The notes: generated by a model not told the origin, from the letters alone. A stretch of DNA of 64,000 bases from Phycisphaerales bacterium (GCA_049318245.1 JBMOGS010000003.1:2311-66310), one strand, 5' to 3'. Counted from the first letter of the stretch, positions 45,074 to 56,324 are shown. Numbers and translations are program-made.

Positions 45074-46114
45074 ATGAACAAGCCCTTGAAGATGCTGCTC
45101 GCCGTCGGTGTGCTGGCGTTCACCGCCGCCGGCATGTACTACGCCCTGCTTGCGCCATCGAAGTCGAACGCGAGCGCTCCATCGAAGGCCAGCCGGCCAC
45201 AGCCGGTCCCCGCGGAGCGCGTGATCACGCCCGGTGCCAAGGTGGGCGGCGAACTGCCTGGCAGCCTCCCCGCCGGCGCCGCACCATCGCCTGCGCTGAA
45301 CGCGCCGGCGACTCCCGCAGCGACATCGGCAAGCGCTCCCGCAAGCGGCGGCTCGGCGGTGCCCGGTTTCTCGCCGGCCTCCGAGCCGATGAAGCCGCTG
45401 CCGACGGCGCTGCCCGGTTTCGAGCCCGCCACCACAAGCACCACAAGCACGACGGCGAGTGCCGCCCCGGCCACGCCGTCACCCAGCGCGCAGCCCGCGC
45501 TGGCGACGGCGGCTCCGGCGATGCCCGCGTCGTCCGCACCGGCACCCACGAAGCCGGCGACCGTTGCGCCGATGCCGACCACATCCGGTCCGGCCGGTGC
45601 TGCCTCAGGTTCATCCGCCGCAACGGCGGCTCCGGTGGTGGCCCCGGTCAAGGCGACTCCGCCCACGCCGCGTGTGGACACCTACACCGTGAAGGAAGGC
45701 GACAGCCTCGTCAGCATCTGGCGCGGTCTCACGGGTCAGGAACGCGGATGGGAAGCGCTGCAGGCCGCGAATCCGGGCCTGGATGCGTCGAGGCTCAAGA
45801 TCGGTCAGGTGCTGAAGGTGCCCGACTGGAAGTCCCGCGAGACGCCGGCGCCCAAGCCTGCGGCCGCGCCGTCCTCGAGTCCAGGCGCCTACACCGTGCA
45901 GAGCGGCGACACGCTCAGCTCCATCGCTGCGAAGGTCTACGGCGACAGCAAGCTCTGGAAGCGCATCTATGACGCCAACAGGGACGCGATCGGGTCCGAT
46001 CCCGGTGCGCTGAAGGTCGGCCAGTCGCTGCGCGTGCCGCCAAAGTCCGATGGGGCTGCGGCGCCTACGCCTGCGTCGAACCCGGCGCCGGCAGGCACGC
46101 CAGCCCCGCGGTAG
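45074..46114 (+). CDS. LysM domain protein with membrane anchor and low-complexity Pro/Ala/Ser/Thr linker
   Basis: The N-terminal TM is LLAVGVLAFTAAGMYYALL. Two LysM modules are YTVKEGDSLVSIWRGL…IGQVLKVP and YTVQSGDTLSSIAAKVYGDSKLWKRIYDAN…VGQSLRVP. Confidence 0.85.
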   Translation: MNKPLKMLLAVGVLAFTAAGMYYALLAPSKSNASAPSKASRPQPVPAERVITPGAKVGGELPGSLPAGAAPSPALNAPATPAATSASAPASGGSAVPGFSPASEPMKPLPTALPGFEPATTSTTSTTASAAPATPSPSAQPALATAAPAMPASSAPAPTKPATVAPMPTTSGPAGAASGSSAATAAPVVAPVKATPPTPRVDTYTVKEGDSLVSIWRGLTGQERGWEALQAANPGLDASRLKIGQVLKVPDWKSRETPAPKPAAAPSSSPGAYTVQSGDTLSSIAAKVYGDSKLWKRIYDANRDAIGSDPGALKVGQSLRVPPKSDGAAAPTPASNPAPAGTPAPR

Positions 46115-46868
46115 CGCGAAGTCTTCCGGCATCGAGGCCGCCAACGACCACGCACGTCACCTCGGCGTGCGACAGGATCCACGGGATCGCTTCCTGTGGA
46201 TGGATGTGACCGCTCGCGAGGGGTTTCTTCACGAAGACGCCGCGGCCCTCGCGATGCGCCTGCTGCATCGCCGGAAGCATGGACGGGTCGCGCGGGTGGA
46301 ACTCGAGCATCAGGGCATCCACGCGCGGATCGGAGAGTGCAGTCATCGCGCCCTCGAGGGTCTTGGGCGAGAACCCGATGGCGCCGACCGTGCCCATCAC
46401 CTTCGCGCGCTCGAGCGCGCGTAGCGATCCGCCTTCGCGAAGGATCATCGTGTCCTCGCCGTTGGAGTGGACCCAGACGCAGTCGAGTCGCGGGGTGCGA
46501 AGGCGTTCCAGGCTGCGCGCAAGGCTGGTGGCCACGCCTTGCTCCGAGAAATCGAAGCTGCTGCGTCCGTCCTCGAACGATTCGCCGGCCTTGCTCGACA
46601 GGAAGACGCGGTCGCGTCGCGCCCCAAGCGCCGCACCAAGCCGCGCCTCGCTGAGCCCGTAGGCGGGGGCGGTGTCGATCACGCCGATGCCCATGTCGAC
46701 CACCGCGTGGATCAGACGCGTCGCGGCCTCGTCGGTGGGGAGGTCGTAGGGCGTCGGGTACTTGATGCCCTCGTTGCGGCCGATCTTGAACGCGCCCCAG
46801 CCGATCGCGGTCACCGGCATGGGCAGCCGCGTTGCGCAACGCTGTGGCAGCGCCAGTGCGCCACTCAT
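46065..46868 (-). CDS. aldo/keto reductase family oxidoreductase
   Basis: IGWGAFKIGRNEG…AVVDMGIGVIDTAPAYGLSEARLGAAL is an AKR N-terminal pattern. The 3' end overlaps the LysM gene by 50 nt (convergent). Confidence 0.78.
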   Translation of the reverse strand: MSGALALPQRCATRLPMPVTAIGWGAFKIGRNEGIKYPTPYDLPTDEAATRLIHAVVDMGIGVIDTAPAYGLSEARLGAALGARRDRVFLSSKAGESFEDGRSSFDFSEQGVATSLARSLERLRTPRLDCVWVHSNGEDTMILREGGSLRALERAKVMGTVGAIGFSPKTLEGAMTALSDPRVDALMLEFHPRDPSMLPAMQQAHREGRGVFVKKPLASGHIHPQEAIPWILSHAEVTCVVVGGLDAGRLRATAGLACLPAPGSTQA

Positions 46869-48040
46869 GGCAGGCGAGCCCAGGTGGCGTCATGCCAGGG
46901 TCGCGGCGCGAGCGCCGGTGTCTGCCAGCCCGCGGGCCACGGATCCGTTCCGCCTCGCCCGTCGCGCATGAGCGAAACCGCCGCCTGCGCGGCACGCGGC
47001 GCGAGGACGAGCTTCACGGGCCACGTCACCACGACCGAGCCGATCGCCTGCACGTGCGCCGAACTCGGTCGCCGGGCGTTGGGTGTTCGCGGCTCGGCCC
47101 GGTCCACGAGGTAGCTCGACCACTCGGTGCCCGCCAGCGACACGCCGGGCATGCACGCCGCGACCTCCTCCCTCGCGTGTCGCACGAAGGCGTCCGGCTG
47201 CATCGCCGGACCCTTCTCGGCGATTTCGCCGCCAATGTGCCAGACCGTGCCAGCGGCATCGGTGTCGCTTGTGACGGTGATCCGCGTGCGTGCGCCGTCG
47301 ATGCAGTGCCCGAACACCAGGGGCAGGGGGCCGCGCACCATCGCCTGCCGCAGGGGTCGGCGCTGCATGGGCTGCCTTGCGTCTAGACCGGCAAGCGCCA
47401 GCAGGGCCTCGTTGCCGGCGCCTGCGCACAGGAACACGCGCCGGGCGAGCACGCGCGCCGCGCGATCATCACCCTCGATTTCCACGGTTGCCGAGCCAGG
47501 TTCGGCTCGGATCGCGCGAACGTCTCCACGCGCAAGTGCGCCCGGCGCGGCGGCGGCCAGACGACGCAGCAGATCGGCCGGATCGATCACCGTCTCGGGA
47601 AGGCTCAGCACATCCCCGCGAACTCCAGCCAGCCAGGCGGGCCGCTTGGACGGCTCCACGATCGCGGGACGGGTCCGGAGCGCCAGACGCGCGCCCAGCA
47701 TCCCTGCGGCACCCATCAGGCTTGCCGAACGCCACAGGTACTCGTGGGTGGCCAACACGCGGAGGCCACGCAAGTCGGGCCCCGATCGACCTTCCAGGAA
47801 ATTGCCCCAGAGTGCCGCGGCCTCGGACGCCTCGTTCGCGTCCTCGCCCGCAACCCCGCCCAGCGCGTACTTCACGCCCGCGTGAAGGATGCCCTGGCTG
47901 CTGGTTGTCTGGCCCGAACCGAGTGCCCTTGATTCAACCAGGAGCGCCGAGCACCCGGCCTCGCGGAGCGCGTGCAGCGTGAACAGCCCCGCCACGCCGC
48001 CACCCACCACCAGCGCATCGACTTGGATCGCGTTGGCCAT
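46865..48040 (-). CDS. FAD-dependent oxidoreductase (DAO family)
   Basis: VDALVVGGGVAGLFTLHAL…LVESRALGSGQTTSSQGILHAG is a dinucleotide-binding GxGxxG fold. The stop overlaps the AKR start. Confidence 0.8.
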   Translation of the reverse strand: MANAIQVDALVVGGGVAGLFTLHALREAGCSALLVESRALGSGQTTSSQGILHAGVKYALGGVAGEDANEASEAAALWGNFLEGRSGPDLRGLRVLATHEYLWRSASLMGAAGMLGARLALRTRPAIVEPSKRPAWLAGVRGDVLSLPETVIDPADLLRRLAAAAPGALARGDVRAIRAEPGSATVEIEGDDRAARVLARRVFLCAGAGNEALLALAGLDARQPMQRRPLRQAMVRGPLPLVFGHCIDGARTRITVTSDTDAAGTVWHIGGEIAEKGPAMQPDAFVRHAREEVAACMPGVSLAGTEWSSYLVDRAEPRTPNARRPSSAHVQAIGSVVVTWPVKLVLAPRAAQAAVSLMRDGRGGTDPWPAGWQTPALAPRPWHDATWARLP

Positions 48041-48081
48041 GCGGGGGCCGATCCTAGGTTCCGGGGCTGAAACGGGGGCTC

Positions 48082-48118
48082 AAACAAAAACCGCCCGGCG
48101 CGAAGCAGGGCGCGGCGA
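48082..48118 (-). terminator. putative intrinsic terminator downstream of smc
   Basis: On the minus strand a GC-rich, imperfectly self-complementary stretch (gccgcgccctgcttcgcgccgggcgg) is followed by TTTTTGTTT, which is rare in this GC-rich context. I could not fold the stem cleanly by hand. Confidence 0.35.
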
Positions 48119-48250
48119 CCCCCACGATGGCCCGCCGCGCATCCCCGAGACCCATGGGGAGCTCCGCCCGCCGGGCGGCACGGGAACATAGCCCCGGCCC
48201 GTCGATCGACAAACGGAAACCCGGCATTTTCGCCGTCTCTTGCGGGATCT

Positions 48251-51200
48251 TCACGCGGGCGTTGCCCGTTCAAGGGCGTCCTCGCGGATGCGTCCATCCG
48301 CGCCGACCTGATCCACCCGCACCGTGACCCGTCGGCTCACGCCTCGCTCGGCCATCGTCACGCCGTGCAGTTCGTGGCAGGCCTGCATCGTGCGCTTGTG
48401 GTGCGTGATCACGATGAAGTGGCTGCGGTCCAGGAACGGTCCGAGCGCCTTCGTGAAGCGCTCCACGTTGGCCTCGTCGAGCGCCGCGTCGACCTCGTCC
48501 AGGATGCAGAAGGGGCTGGGCTTGCTTCGGAAGATCGCCATGAGCAGCGCGACGGCCGTCATGGTCTTCTCGCCACCGCTGAGCTGGCTGATCACCCGAG
48601 GCTCCTTGCCGGGCGGCTTGGCGCGGATCTCCACGCCGCTCTCGAGCCAGTCGATCTCGCCGTTCTCCATCGGCACCAGGAAAAGGTCCGCGCTGCCGCC
48701 GCCGAAGAGCCGGCGGAACATGCCTTCCTGTCCACCGAACTGGTCGCGGACGGCCTCGAACGTGGCCTTGAAGCGGCGACGGCTCACGTCGTCGAGACGC
48801 TCCACGAGCTCCTTCAGGCTGGCGCGTGCGGCGTCGATGTCCGCGACCTCGCGGGCGAGCGTCTCGTTGCGGCCCTCGAGCTGCCCAAGCTCGTCGATCG
48901 CCTCCATGTTCACGTTCCCAAGCGCCTTGATGGCGTCGCGGAGTTGATCGGCCTCGCTGGTGGCGGCGTCTCGATCCGGCGCCGCGAAGCCCTCGGCGGT
49001 GCGGGCCGCGACATGCGCCTCGTAACCGGCGGGAAGGTCGATGCCGAGTTCCTCGAACGTGCTCTCCTCCAGGCCTTCACGCCGAACCTCCGCCTCGCGG
49101 CGGCTGATCTCGATCGCCGAGTGATCCCGCTCCACACGCGAGGCCTCCTCGCGGATCGAGCGCACGGCATCGCCTGCGGCGGTGGCCTGCTCGATGGCGG
49201 CGGTCAGTTCGGCTGCGATCGCCTGGGCCTGCTGCGCGGCCGTCGCCTCGGCGGCGATCGCGGCCTCGCGCTGCTGCTGCGCTTCCGCGGCCTGTCGGGC
49301 AAGTTCCTCGCTCCGTGCCGCGCGCCGCTCATGGTCGGTTCCGAGTTCCGCGCGCTGGCGGTCGATGCCGTCGATCGCGACCTCGATCAGCCGACGCTCG
49401 CGGCGACGGCCGTCGAGCACCGCGTTCGCCTCGCTCGCCTGCGTGCGCACGGCGGCCAGACGGTCGATCGCGGCCTGCACGCGGGCGCGCACTTCCTGCG
49501 CGGCCTGCTGCGCGGCGGCGAGCGTGGCACGCTCCTCGTCCAGCAACTTGTCCAGGCTCTTCAGGCGCGACTCGCACGACTCGCGCTCGGCATGCAGCTC
49601 GCGCACGCGGCGCTCGCTCTCGCCGCGTTCGGCCGCCGTCGTGTCCAGGTCGTGCCGCACGCGAGCAGCCAGCTGGTCGGCGCGCTCGGTCTGATACTGG
49701 CCATCCATGCGCTGTCGCATGGCCTGCTGCATCTGTCCGTCGAGTTCCTGCTGTGCACGTGCAGCTGCGGCGGTGGCCTCGTTCAGGCCGCTCACATCGG
49801 CCTCGGCCATGCTGATCTCCATGCTCAGCGCGCTCACGGCCGCCTCCAGTTCGCCACGCTCCACGCGCCGGGTCAGCACGCCGCTGCGGGCGGTGCGGGC
49901 ACCGGTCACGCGCACGCGCCCGGGGCCTTCCACCACGGCGCCGCAGTCGCTCACCAGGGTGCAGCCCGTGAAGGCGTCGGAACCCGCAAGCCGAAGCGCT
50001 GTCGAGAGATCCACCACGCGGAAACATCGGCCCAGCAGCGCTTCCGCAACGGGGCGGACATCGGCTGGACATCGGATGGATGCAAGCAGGCTGGTGGCCT
50101 CGGCGCTTCCCGCAACCACGGCGGAGCCGCTGACGGGAGCCGCCAGTCGAACGCGCCCCTCGAGTCCGCGCACGGCCTCGGTGGCAGCGCCAAGATCCTC
50201 GGTGCGGCGAACCACGAGCGTCTGAAGGCTGTCGCCCAGCGCGGCCTCCACAAGCGCTGCGGTGGCGCCGTCGGTCTCGATGAGGTCGCCAAGCATGCCG
50301 GCGAGCCATGTGTGTCGATCGCGCTCGGCCAGGACACGCTTCACGGCCTCGTCAAGGCCCTCGCCAAGCTGCGCCATCTCGTCCAGCAGACGCAGGCGAC
50401 TTTCAAGGCTGCTCCGATCCTCGCGCAGCGCGCCAAGCTTGCGCAGCGCTTCCGCCTGCTGGTCGCCCAGCTGCGACACCTGCTCGGCCTGGGCGGCCAG
50501 CTCGCGATGCACGCGCTCGAGCGCGTCCTCGGCCACCTGACGCTGCACCTGGGCGGTGTTGCGGGCGGCCAGGATCTGGTCCATTTCAAGGCGCAGGCGC
50601 TCGCGACGCGCGTCGTTGCGTGCAAGCTCCGCCTCGAGGGCCGGCTCGCGCTCCTGCACCGCGGCCAGTCGACCCGTGGCGCGGGCGCGGTCGCGCTCGA
50701 TGCCCGACACGGTCTCCTGGCGCCGGCGAATCCCGTGCTCTGCCGCATCCGCCTGCTCGCTCAGGTCGTTGCGCTCGCGCGCGCAGTCGGACACCTGTCG
50801 CTCGATGCCCGCAAGCGCCGCTTCGGCCTGCTCCGATTCGCGCGCGGCGTCCTCCAGTCGCGAGGCGTGCTCGTCGCGCTGCACGCGCAGCGACTCCAGC
50901 CGCGCGGCCTCGCTCTCGACCGCGGCGCGATTCTCGGTGCGCGCGCGCTCGATGAAATCAAGTCGCTGCTCCGACTGCCGCTGCACGCCGGCCGCCTCGA
51001 GCTGCGCCTGCTCAAGCTGGTGTCGGCGGTCGAGCGTCGCGGCGCGACGGGTGTCGGATTCGTGGCGCGCGGCCTCGGCGGCCTCGAGCGCCGCGGCGAC
51101 CTGGCGGCGTCGGTCCTCGAGCGCCGTCACCTGGCTCGTCAGGCCCGCCAGCCGCTCGCGCAACTCGTGATAGCCCTCGAACGCGAGCGCCGTGCGCAGT

Positions 51201-51991
51201 TCGCGCCGGCGCGCCTCGAGTGCCTGGAACTTCTTCGCCTTCTCCGCCTGTCCGCGCACGATGCGCAGGCGACGCTCCACGCCGGCCAGCTGCTCGCGGA
51301 TCGCCACGAGATGCCGCTCGGCATGGTCGAGCTTGCGAGCGGCCTCGTGCTTGCGCGTGCGGAAGCGCGCCACGCCGGCGGCCTCCTCGAGGATCGACCG
51401 GCGTTCCACCGGATGGGCGCGCAGCATCGCGTCGACCTTGCCCTGCTCGATGATGCAGTAGGCGTCATTGCCAATGCCCGTGTCCAGGAAGAGTTCGCGA
51501 ACGTCGCGCAGTCGAACCTTGCGACCGTTCACCAGATACTCGCTGCGTCCATCCGCCCACAGTCGGCGCTCCACCTGCACCTCGTCGGCATCCACCGGAA
51601 GCAGACGATCGCGCACCGCGTCGCGCTGCACCGGTCCGTCGATCGGCGCGCCTTCCACGTCCACCGGTTCCGCAGGCTCGGCTTCCGCCGAAATCTCCGG
51701 AACGTCACGATCGATCGGTGCCGCCAGCCGCGGGTTGTCGAAGGTGAGCGTCACGCTGGCGTGGCCGCCCGGCTTGCGGCTCGCGCTGCCGGCGAAGATC
51801 ACGTCCAGCATCGCGCCGCCGCGCAGGCTCTTCGCGCTGCGCTCGCCGAGCACCCACTTGATCGCGTCCACCACGTTGCTCTTGCCGCAACCGTTCGGCC
51901 CGACGATGCCCGTGATGGGCGCGTCGAATCGGAAGTCGGTCGGGTCGGCGAAACTCTTGAAACCAGCGAGCGTGAGACGGCTGAGACGCAT
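48251..51991 (-). CDS. smc: chromosome segregation protein SMC
   Basis: The N-terminus is [50 protein letters not shown]. It has long coiled coils with a hinge, and a C-terminal [14 protein letters not shown]…[12 protein letters not shown]. Confidence 0.95.
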   Translation of the reverse strand: MRLSRLTLAGFKSFADPTDFRFDAPITGIVGPNGCGKSNVVDAIKWVLGERSAKSLRGGAMLDVIFAGSASRKPGGHASVTLTFDNPRLAAPIDRDVPEISAEAEPAEPVDVEGAPIDGPVQRDAVRDRLLPVDADEVQVERRLWADGRSEYLVNGRKVRLRDVRELFLDTGIGNDAYCIIEQGKVDAMLRAHPVERRSILEEAAGVARFRTRKHEAARKLDHAERHLVAIREQLAGVERRLRIVRGQAEKAKKFQALEARRRELRTALAFEGYHELRERLAGLTSQVTALEDRRRQVAAALEAAEAARHESDTRRAATLDRRHQLEQAQLEAAGVQRQSEQRLDFIERARTENRAAVESEAARLESLRVQRDEHASRLEDAARESEQAEAALAGIERQVSDCARERNDLSEQADAAEHGIRRRQETVSGIERDRARATGRLAAVQEREPALEAELARNDARRERLRLEMDQILAARNTAQVQRQVAEDALERVHRELAAQAEQVSQLGDQQAEALRKLGALREDRSSLESRLRLLDEMAQLGEGLDEAVKRVLAERDRHTWLAGMLGDLIETDGATAALVEAALGDSLQTLVVRRTEDLGAATEAVRGLEGRVRLAAPVSGSAVVAGSAEATSLLASIRCPADVRPVAEALLGRCFRVVDLSTALRLAGSDAFTGCTLVSDCGAVVEGPGRVRVTGARTARSGVLTRRVERGELEAAVSALSMEISMAEADVSGLNEATAAAARAQQELDGQMQQAMRQRMDGQYQTERADQLAARVRHDLDTTAAERGESERRVRELHAERESCESRLKSLDKLLDEERATLAAAQQAAQEVRARVQAAIDRLAAVRTQASEANAVLDGRRRERRLIEVAIDGIDRQRAELGTDHERRAARSEELARQAAEAQQQREAAIAAEATAAQQAQAIAAELTAAIEQATAAGDAVRSIREEASRVERDHSAIEISRREAEVRREGLEESTFEELGIDLPAGYEAHVAARTAEGFAAPDRDAATSEADQLRDAIKALGNVNMEAIDELGQLEGRNETLAREVADIDAARASLKELVERLDDVSRRRFKATFEAVRDQFGGQEGMFRRLFGGGSADLFLVPMENGEIDWLESGVEIRAKPPGKEPRVISQLSGGEKTMTAVALLMAIFRSKPSPFCILDEVDAALDEANVERFTKALGPFLDRSHFIVITHHKRTMQACHELHGVTMAERGVSRRVTVRVDQVGADGRIREDALERATPA

Positions 51992-52052
51992 CGGACCTCC
52001 TGTCGCTGCGTGACCGTCCCTCCTGGACGGATCGCCCCGAAGGGGCTCACGC

Positions 52053-53870
52053 TCAACGCGGCACAGTATCCGCGGCCTTGGGCCGGGCATCAAGTGGCGC
52101 GGGCTGGGTCGGTCGAGGCGCGGTCGCCGGCGAGGGTGTGGCGGCCTTTGTCTCGTCGGGGAAGTCGGGGCGTTCCTCGACCTCGGCCTCCTCCTCCTGA
52201 CGCATGATCTCGGCGAGGATCCGATCCTGCTCCCCACGGAAGTCGGAGCCAAGGTTCTGATCGCGGGCCAGCTCGTACAGCACGCCGAGCGTCTCGCCGT
52301 AAGACAGGTCCAGGCCAGCGGATCCGATCGTGGGGGAGGGGGTGCGAGCCAGGAAGGCGATGAATTCGTGCACCTCGGGCTTGGTCTGCTCGATCCGCTG
52401 CCGTTCGGTGCCCTGCGGGCGGTAGGAGACCAGCGCCTTCGCGTCGCCCGGGTCGAACTTCACGATCATGCGGCCATCCCAGATGCGCTGCAGCATCGGC
52501 TGCCGCAGACGCACGTCCTCGCCGAACACGGCCAGTCGCGGCGGGCCCGTCTGGGCGGCGTAGATCAGCGGCTTGGTCGAGCGGATCAGGTCCAGCGAGA
52601 AGCGATTGTTGATCGCGATGGTCTCGACGGACGGGTCGCGCCGCTTCCGCAGCATCTCGTAGGCGATCAGTCGCACGTCGAGATCGTCATCGTCCACCAG
52701 TGGACGCAGGCCGACATCGATCGCCGGGTTCGTTCCCATGCCCCCAAGCAGCTTGATCGCGGCGATGCGCAGCGTGGGTTTGCCCTTGCGCGCCATCTCC
52801 AGCAGGGGCTTCACCGCCAGCGGATCGTCCAGCTTGGCGCCTGCCTCGAGCGCGGCCATGCGCGGCTGGTCCTCGGGGTGCGTGTACAGGTCGTGCAGGT
52901 GCGGAATGCTCTTGCGACCGATGGCCTGCCATCGCCAGGCCGCGGCGGAGGCGCCACCAGGATTCGCCAGCAGGCTCCGTCGTACCGCCATCGCCAGCGC
53001 GTCGGGATTCTGCACGTCCAGGCTCATGTGCCGAACAAGCTGCGCGAACTCGTTGGTCTTGCCCTCGAAGCTTGGGGGCACGGTCAGGTCGATCAACTCG
53101 CCGTTCTTGCCGCGTGCGGTCTCGTCGCTCTGTCCGGGCTCGCGCGGGAACCGGGTGTTCAGCGCCGACACGATCGTTCCCGCACGGCTGTGGCTGGGCG
53201 TGGCCAGCCGAAGCCGCAGCGGGAGATCCTTCAGCACGCGACCTCCGTTCAGCACGCGACCGCTCAGCCGGTCCACGTCGCCAAGCGAATTGCTCGCCCC
53301 CGGCATGAACGGGTTGATCAGCACCGGCCCCTTGGCCTCCGCCACGATCGCGGCCTGTCGGCTGCCGGCGAGCAGGGGTCCCGGGCGCAGCTCCGCGGTC
53401 CACAGGCGTCCACCCTCCAGGCTGGTGGTGCCGGATCCCGGCACCGCGATCACGCGAACGTCGAACTTGCTGTCGCGCGTCGAGCCGGCCGGGATCAGTC
53501 CCTCGACCACCACCGCGGCGATGTCGTCGCTGTTCAGGAATCGCTCCGGCGAAACGCCCATCCCCTTCACGGTGTCGCTGATCTCGCGCCGGCTCAGTTC
53601 CTGCAGCAGGAACGCGCGCACCTCCGCGGGCATGGTCCGGCTTCCGGTGCCCTTCAGGCCCACCACGATGCCGTACCCGCGGACCACGACGTCGTTGAAG
53701 CCGAGCAGGATGGCCTCGCTCGCGATCGTGCCGCGCAGGATCGGATCCACCTCGATCTCGAAGGTGGGCTTGGGAACCGTGCTCGAAGGCTTCGGACGTG
53801 GCGCCGCCTCCTCGATGTTGGAGCACGCCGCAAGCGCGGCGGCAAGCAGGATCGACACGAAGCGGCGCAT
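52053..53870 (-). CDS. lipoprotein with N-terminal FlgI (P-ring)-like domain and central HEAT-like repeats
   Basis: The lipobox is [75 protein letters not shown] and [10 protein letters not shown] are collinear with FlgI. The central region [41 protein letters not shown]… is HEAT/PBS-like. Confidence 0.7.
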   Translation of the reverse strand: MRRFVSILLAAALAACSNIEEAAPRPKPSSTVPKPTFEIEVDPILRGTIASEAILLGFNDVVVRGYGIVVGLKGTGSRTMPAEVRAFLLQELSRREISDTVKGMGVSPERFLNSDDIAAVVVEGLIPAGSTRDSKFDVRVIAVPGSGTTSLEGGRLWTAELRPGPLLAGSRQAAIVAEAKGPVLINPFMPGASNSLGDVDRLSGRVLNGGRVLKDLPLRLRLATPSHSRAGTIVSALNTRFPREPGQSDETARGKNGELIDLTVPPSFEGKTNEFAQLVRHMSLDVQNPDALAMAVRRSLLANPGGASAAAWRWQAIGRKSIPHLHDLYTHPEDQPRMAALEAGAKLDDPLAVKPLLEMARKGKPTLRIAAIKLLGGMGTNPAIDVGLRPLVDDDDLDVRLIAYEMLRKRRDPSVETIAINNRFSLDLIRSTKPLIYAAQTGPPRLAVFGEDVRLRQPMLQRIWDGRMIVKFDPGDAKALVSYRPQGTERQRIEQTKPEVHEFIAFLARTPSPTIGSAGLDLSYGETLGVLYELARDQNLGSDFRGEQDRILAEIMRQEEEAEVEERPDFPDETKAATPSPATAPRPTQPAPLDARPKAADTVPR

Positions 53871-53898
53871 GGGCTGGAAAGGGTAGCGGCTCGCAGCC

Positions 53899-54654
53899 TC
53901 ACGCCGTCAGGCGCAACGCCTCGGGCGGCGGGCACTCCACGGTGCGACGTCCCGTCCGCTCGGGGTAGGCGAGTCGCCACGCATGCAGAAGGAGAGGTTC
54001 GGGCTTTCGTCCCGGGGGCAGCGTGGAAGTGTTCGGTGGCGCGTCGGCACGGTAGATGCGGTCACCCACGATCGGGCATCCGAGCGCCGCCAGATGCACG
54101 CGGATCTGGTGCAGCCGACCGGTGACGGGCTCCACTTCAAGCAGGGTCTCGCCACCGCGTCGCCCCAGCGTGCGCCAGCGCGTGAGTGCCGACTCCCCGC
54201 CGCGCACCGGCAAGAGCGCCACCTTCATGCCGCCACGGATCTCCTCGCGGATGGCACGCGAGCAACTGCCCTCGGCGGACGGAGGCGAGCCGGACACGCG
54301 CGCCAGGTACGTCTTGCCGATCTCGCGTCGCTCGAAGGCGCCACGCAGCGCGTCGTACGCGGCGGCCGTCTTCGCGAGCAGCACGCAGCCGGAAACCTCG
54401 CGATCCAGTCGATGCAGCAGTCCCCAGTCGCGGTCCGCGCCGAGCTGCGCCAGTGCGTCGCCGCGCAGCGCGAAGACGCCGTTGAGCAGCGTGTCATCGG
54501 CATGTCCGCGTCCGGGCTGGGTCACCATGCCGGCGGGCTTCGCCACGCACAGGGCATCCTCCGACTCGTGCAGGATCACGGGCGCAAGGTCGGGCCGCGG
54601 GGTGGGTCTTCGTCGCGCCAGATCTCCGTCCTGCCGTGTTCGCGTGTCGCGCAT
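53899..54654 (-). CDS. RluA-family pseudouridine synthase
   Basis: LCVAKPAGMVTQPG, HRLDREVSGCVLLAKT and HQIRVHLAALGCPIVGDRIY. Confidence 0.85.
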   Translation of the reverse strand: MRDTRTRQDGDLARRRPTPRPDLAPVILHESEDALCVAKPAGMVTQPGRGHADDTLLNGVFALRGDALAQLGADRDWGLLHRLDREVSGCVLLAKTAAAYDALRGAFERREIGKTYLARVSGSPPSAEGSCSRAIREEIRGGMKVALLPVRGGESALTRWRTLGRRGGETLLEVEPVTGRLHQIRVHLAALGCPIVGDRIYRADAPPNTSTLPPGRKPEPLLLHAWRLAYPERTGRRTVECPPPEALRLTA

Positions 54655-54710
54655 GGCAGGGCAGTATCGCCAAGGAAGCCCCAGCCTGCCTGCCTCGCTA
54701 CGCTGCGGCG

Positions 54711-55904
54711 ATGGCACGCACGTCCCACGGAACCGCCGCACGGCTCGCGCCCTTCGGCGAGAGCGTCTTCGCGCGCATCAGCCGTCTGGCCGCCGAGCAC
54801 GGCGCGGTGAACCTGGGGCAGGGGTTCCCCAACTTCGACGGCCCGCAGTTCGTGAAGGATGCCGGCAAGCGCGCCATCGACGAGGGATTCGGCCAGTACG
54901 CCAGGTTCATCGGCCTCCCCGAGGTCAATCGCGCGATTGCCGCTCGGTTCAAGTTGGATCAGGGGATGGAGTTCGATCCTGAGCGCGAAATCACCGTGAC
55001 CAGCGGTTGCACCGAGGCGATCGCGGCGACCATGCTGGGGCTGGTCGATCCGGGCGACGAGGTGGTGCTCTTCGAGCCCTTCTACGACTCGTATCCGGCG
55101 ACTGCCGCGATGGCCGGCGCCGTGGTGAAGCCGGTTCGTCTGGAGGCGCCGCACTTCCGGCTCCCCGTGGAAGCGCTGCGGCACGCCGTCACGCCGCGCA
55201 CGCGCCTGATCCTGCTGAACACGCCGCACAATCCGACGGGCCGGATCTTCGACGCCGATGAACTTCGCGCCGTCGCCGAGATTGCCCGTGCCGCCGACTG
55301 TCTGGTCGTCAGCGACGAGGTCTACGAGCACCTCTGGTACGCCAGGCCACACACGTCGATCGCATCGCTTCCCGGCATGCGCGAGCGAACGATCGTGCTT
55401 TCGAGTCTCGGCAAGAGCTTTTCCCTCACGGGCTGGAAGGTGGGGTGGGCCATCGCGCCACCGAATCTGTCCGCGGGCATCCGAGCCGCGCACCAGTTCC
55501 TGACCTTCGCGACAGCCACGCCACTGCAGCGCGCCTGTGTGGAGGCGCTGTCCGCGCCCCCGAGCTACTTCGAGGCGCTGCGCCGGGAATACGACGAGCG
55601 CAGGCAGGCGCTGCTGGGGGTCCTGCGCAACGCCGGATTCGATCCCCTGACCCCCGAGGGCTCGTATTTCGTGCTGGCCGAGCACGGCCGCTTCGGACAC
55701 CCCTCCGATGAGGCCTTCTGCGAGCATCTGATCCGGGATGTGGGGGTTGCGGCGATCCCGTGCAGCCCGTTCTACGCCAACAGGGTGGGCGCGGACCGCC
55801 TCGTCCGCTTTGCCTTCTGCAAGACCCTGGACACGATCCGGCAGGCTGGGGAGCGCCTGAAAGCCCGGCTTCACCCCCTCGCGGCCGCGGGAGGTTCCTG
55901 CTAA
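54711..55904 (+). CDS. class I/II pyridoxal-phosphate aminotransferase (methionine/kynurenine aminotransferase-like)
   Basis: VNLGQGFPNFDGP…NTPHNPTG…SLGKSFSLTGWKVGW is the PLP-lysine motif. Confidence 0.88.
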   Translation: MARTSHGTAARLAPFGESVFARISRLAAEHGAVNLGQGFPNFDGPQFVKDAGKRAIDEGFGQYARFIGLPEVNRAIAARFKLDQGMEFDPEREITVTSGCTEAIAATMLGLVDPGDEVVLFEPFYDSYPATAAMAGAVVKPVRLEAPHFRLPVEALRHAVTPRTRLILLNTPHNPTGRIFDADELRAVAEIARAADCLVVSDEVYEHLWYARPHTSIASLPGMRERTIVLSSLGKSFSLTGWKVGWAIAPPNLSAGIRAAHQFLTFATATPLQRACVEALSAPPSYFEALRREYDERRQALLGVLRNAGFDPLTPEGSYFVLAEHGRFGHPSDEAFCEHLIRDVGVAAIPCSPFYANRVGADRLVRFAFCKTLDTIRQAGERLKARLHPLAAAGGSC

Positions 55905-55939
55905 ACTGTTCGGCTCGCCCGATTGCAGGAGAACCCATC

Positions 55940-56260
55940 GTGTACGCCATCTTCGAAGACAGCGGAACCCAGATCCTCGTTCGCAAGGACGACGAGATCG
56001 AGATCGACCTCCGGCCCCTCACCGAGGGCCAGAAGACCTTCACCTTCGACAAGGTGCTCGCGGTCGGCACAGCCGACGGCAAGCCCGCGAAGATCGGTCT
56101 GCCGTACCTGGCCGGCGCCAAGGTGACCGCGGAGCTCGTCTCCGAGGAAACCGGCCCGAAGCTGCGGATCGGCAAGTACTCGCGCCGCAAGGGCTATCGC
56201 CGCACGCTGGGTCATCGCCAGACCTCGCTGCGCGTGAAGGTCACTGCGATCAGCGCCTGA
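55940..56260 (+). CDS. rplU: 50S ribosomal protein L21
   Basis: VYAIFEDSGTQILVRKDDEIEID…KYSRRKGYRRTLGHRQ. The GTG start is preceded by AGGAG. Confidence 0.92.
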   Translation: MYAIFEDSGTQILVRKDDEIEIDLRPLTEGQKTFTFDKVLAVGTADGKPAKIGLPYLAGAKVTAELVSEETGPKLRIGKYSRRKGYRRTLGHRQTSLRVKVTAISA

Positions 56261-56285
56261 GCCGAGGAATTCAAGCGAAACTCGC

Positions 56286-56314
56286 GGCCCTGCCCATCGA
56301 GGGCGGGGCCGTTT
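56286..56314 (+). terminator. hairpin terminator after rplU
   Basis: ggccctgccc-atcga-gggcggggcc is a 10-bp stem including one G-T pair. It is followed by gttt. Confidence 0.5.
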
Positions 56315-56324
56315 CGCGTACAGT

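Noticed and set aside
48365-52207. A 1280-aa ORF on the plus strand.
   Set aside because: It lies entirely antisense to smc. Its translation is Arg/Ala/Gly/Leu-rich with no motifs. This is the typical stop-codon-poor antisense frame of a high-GC gene.
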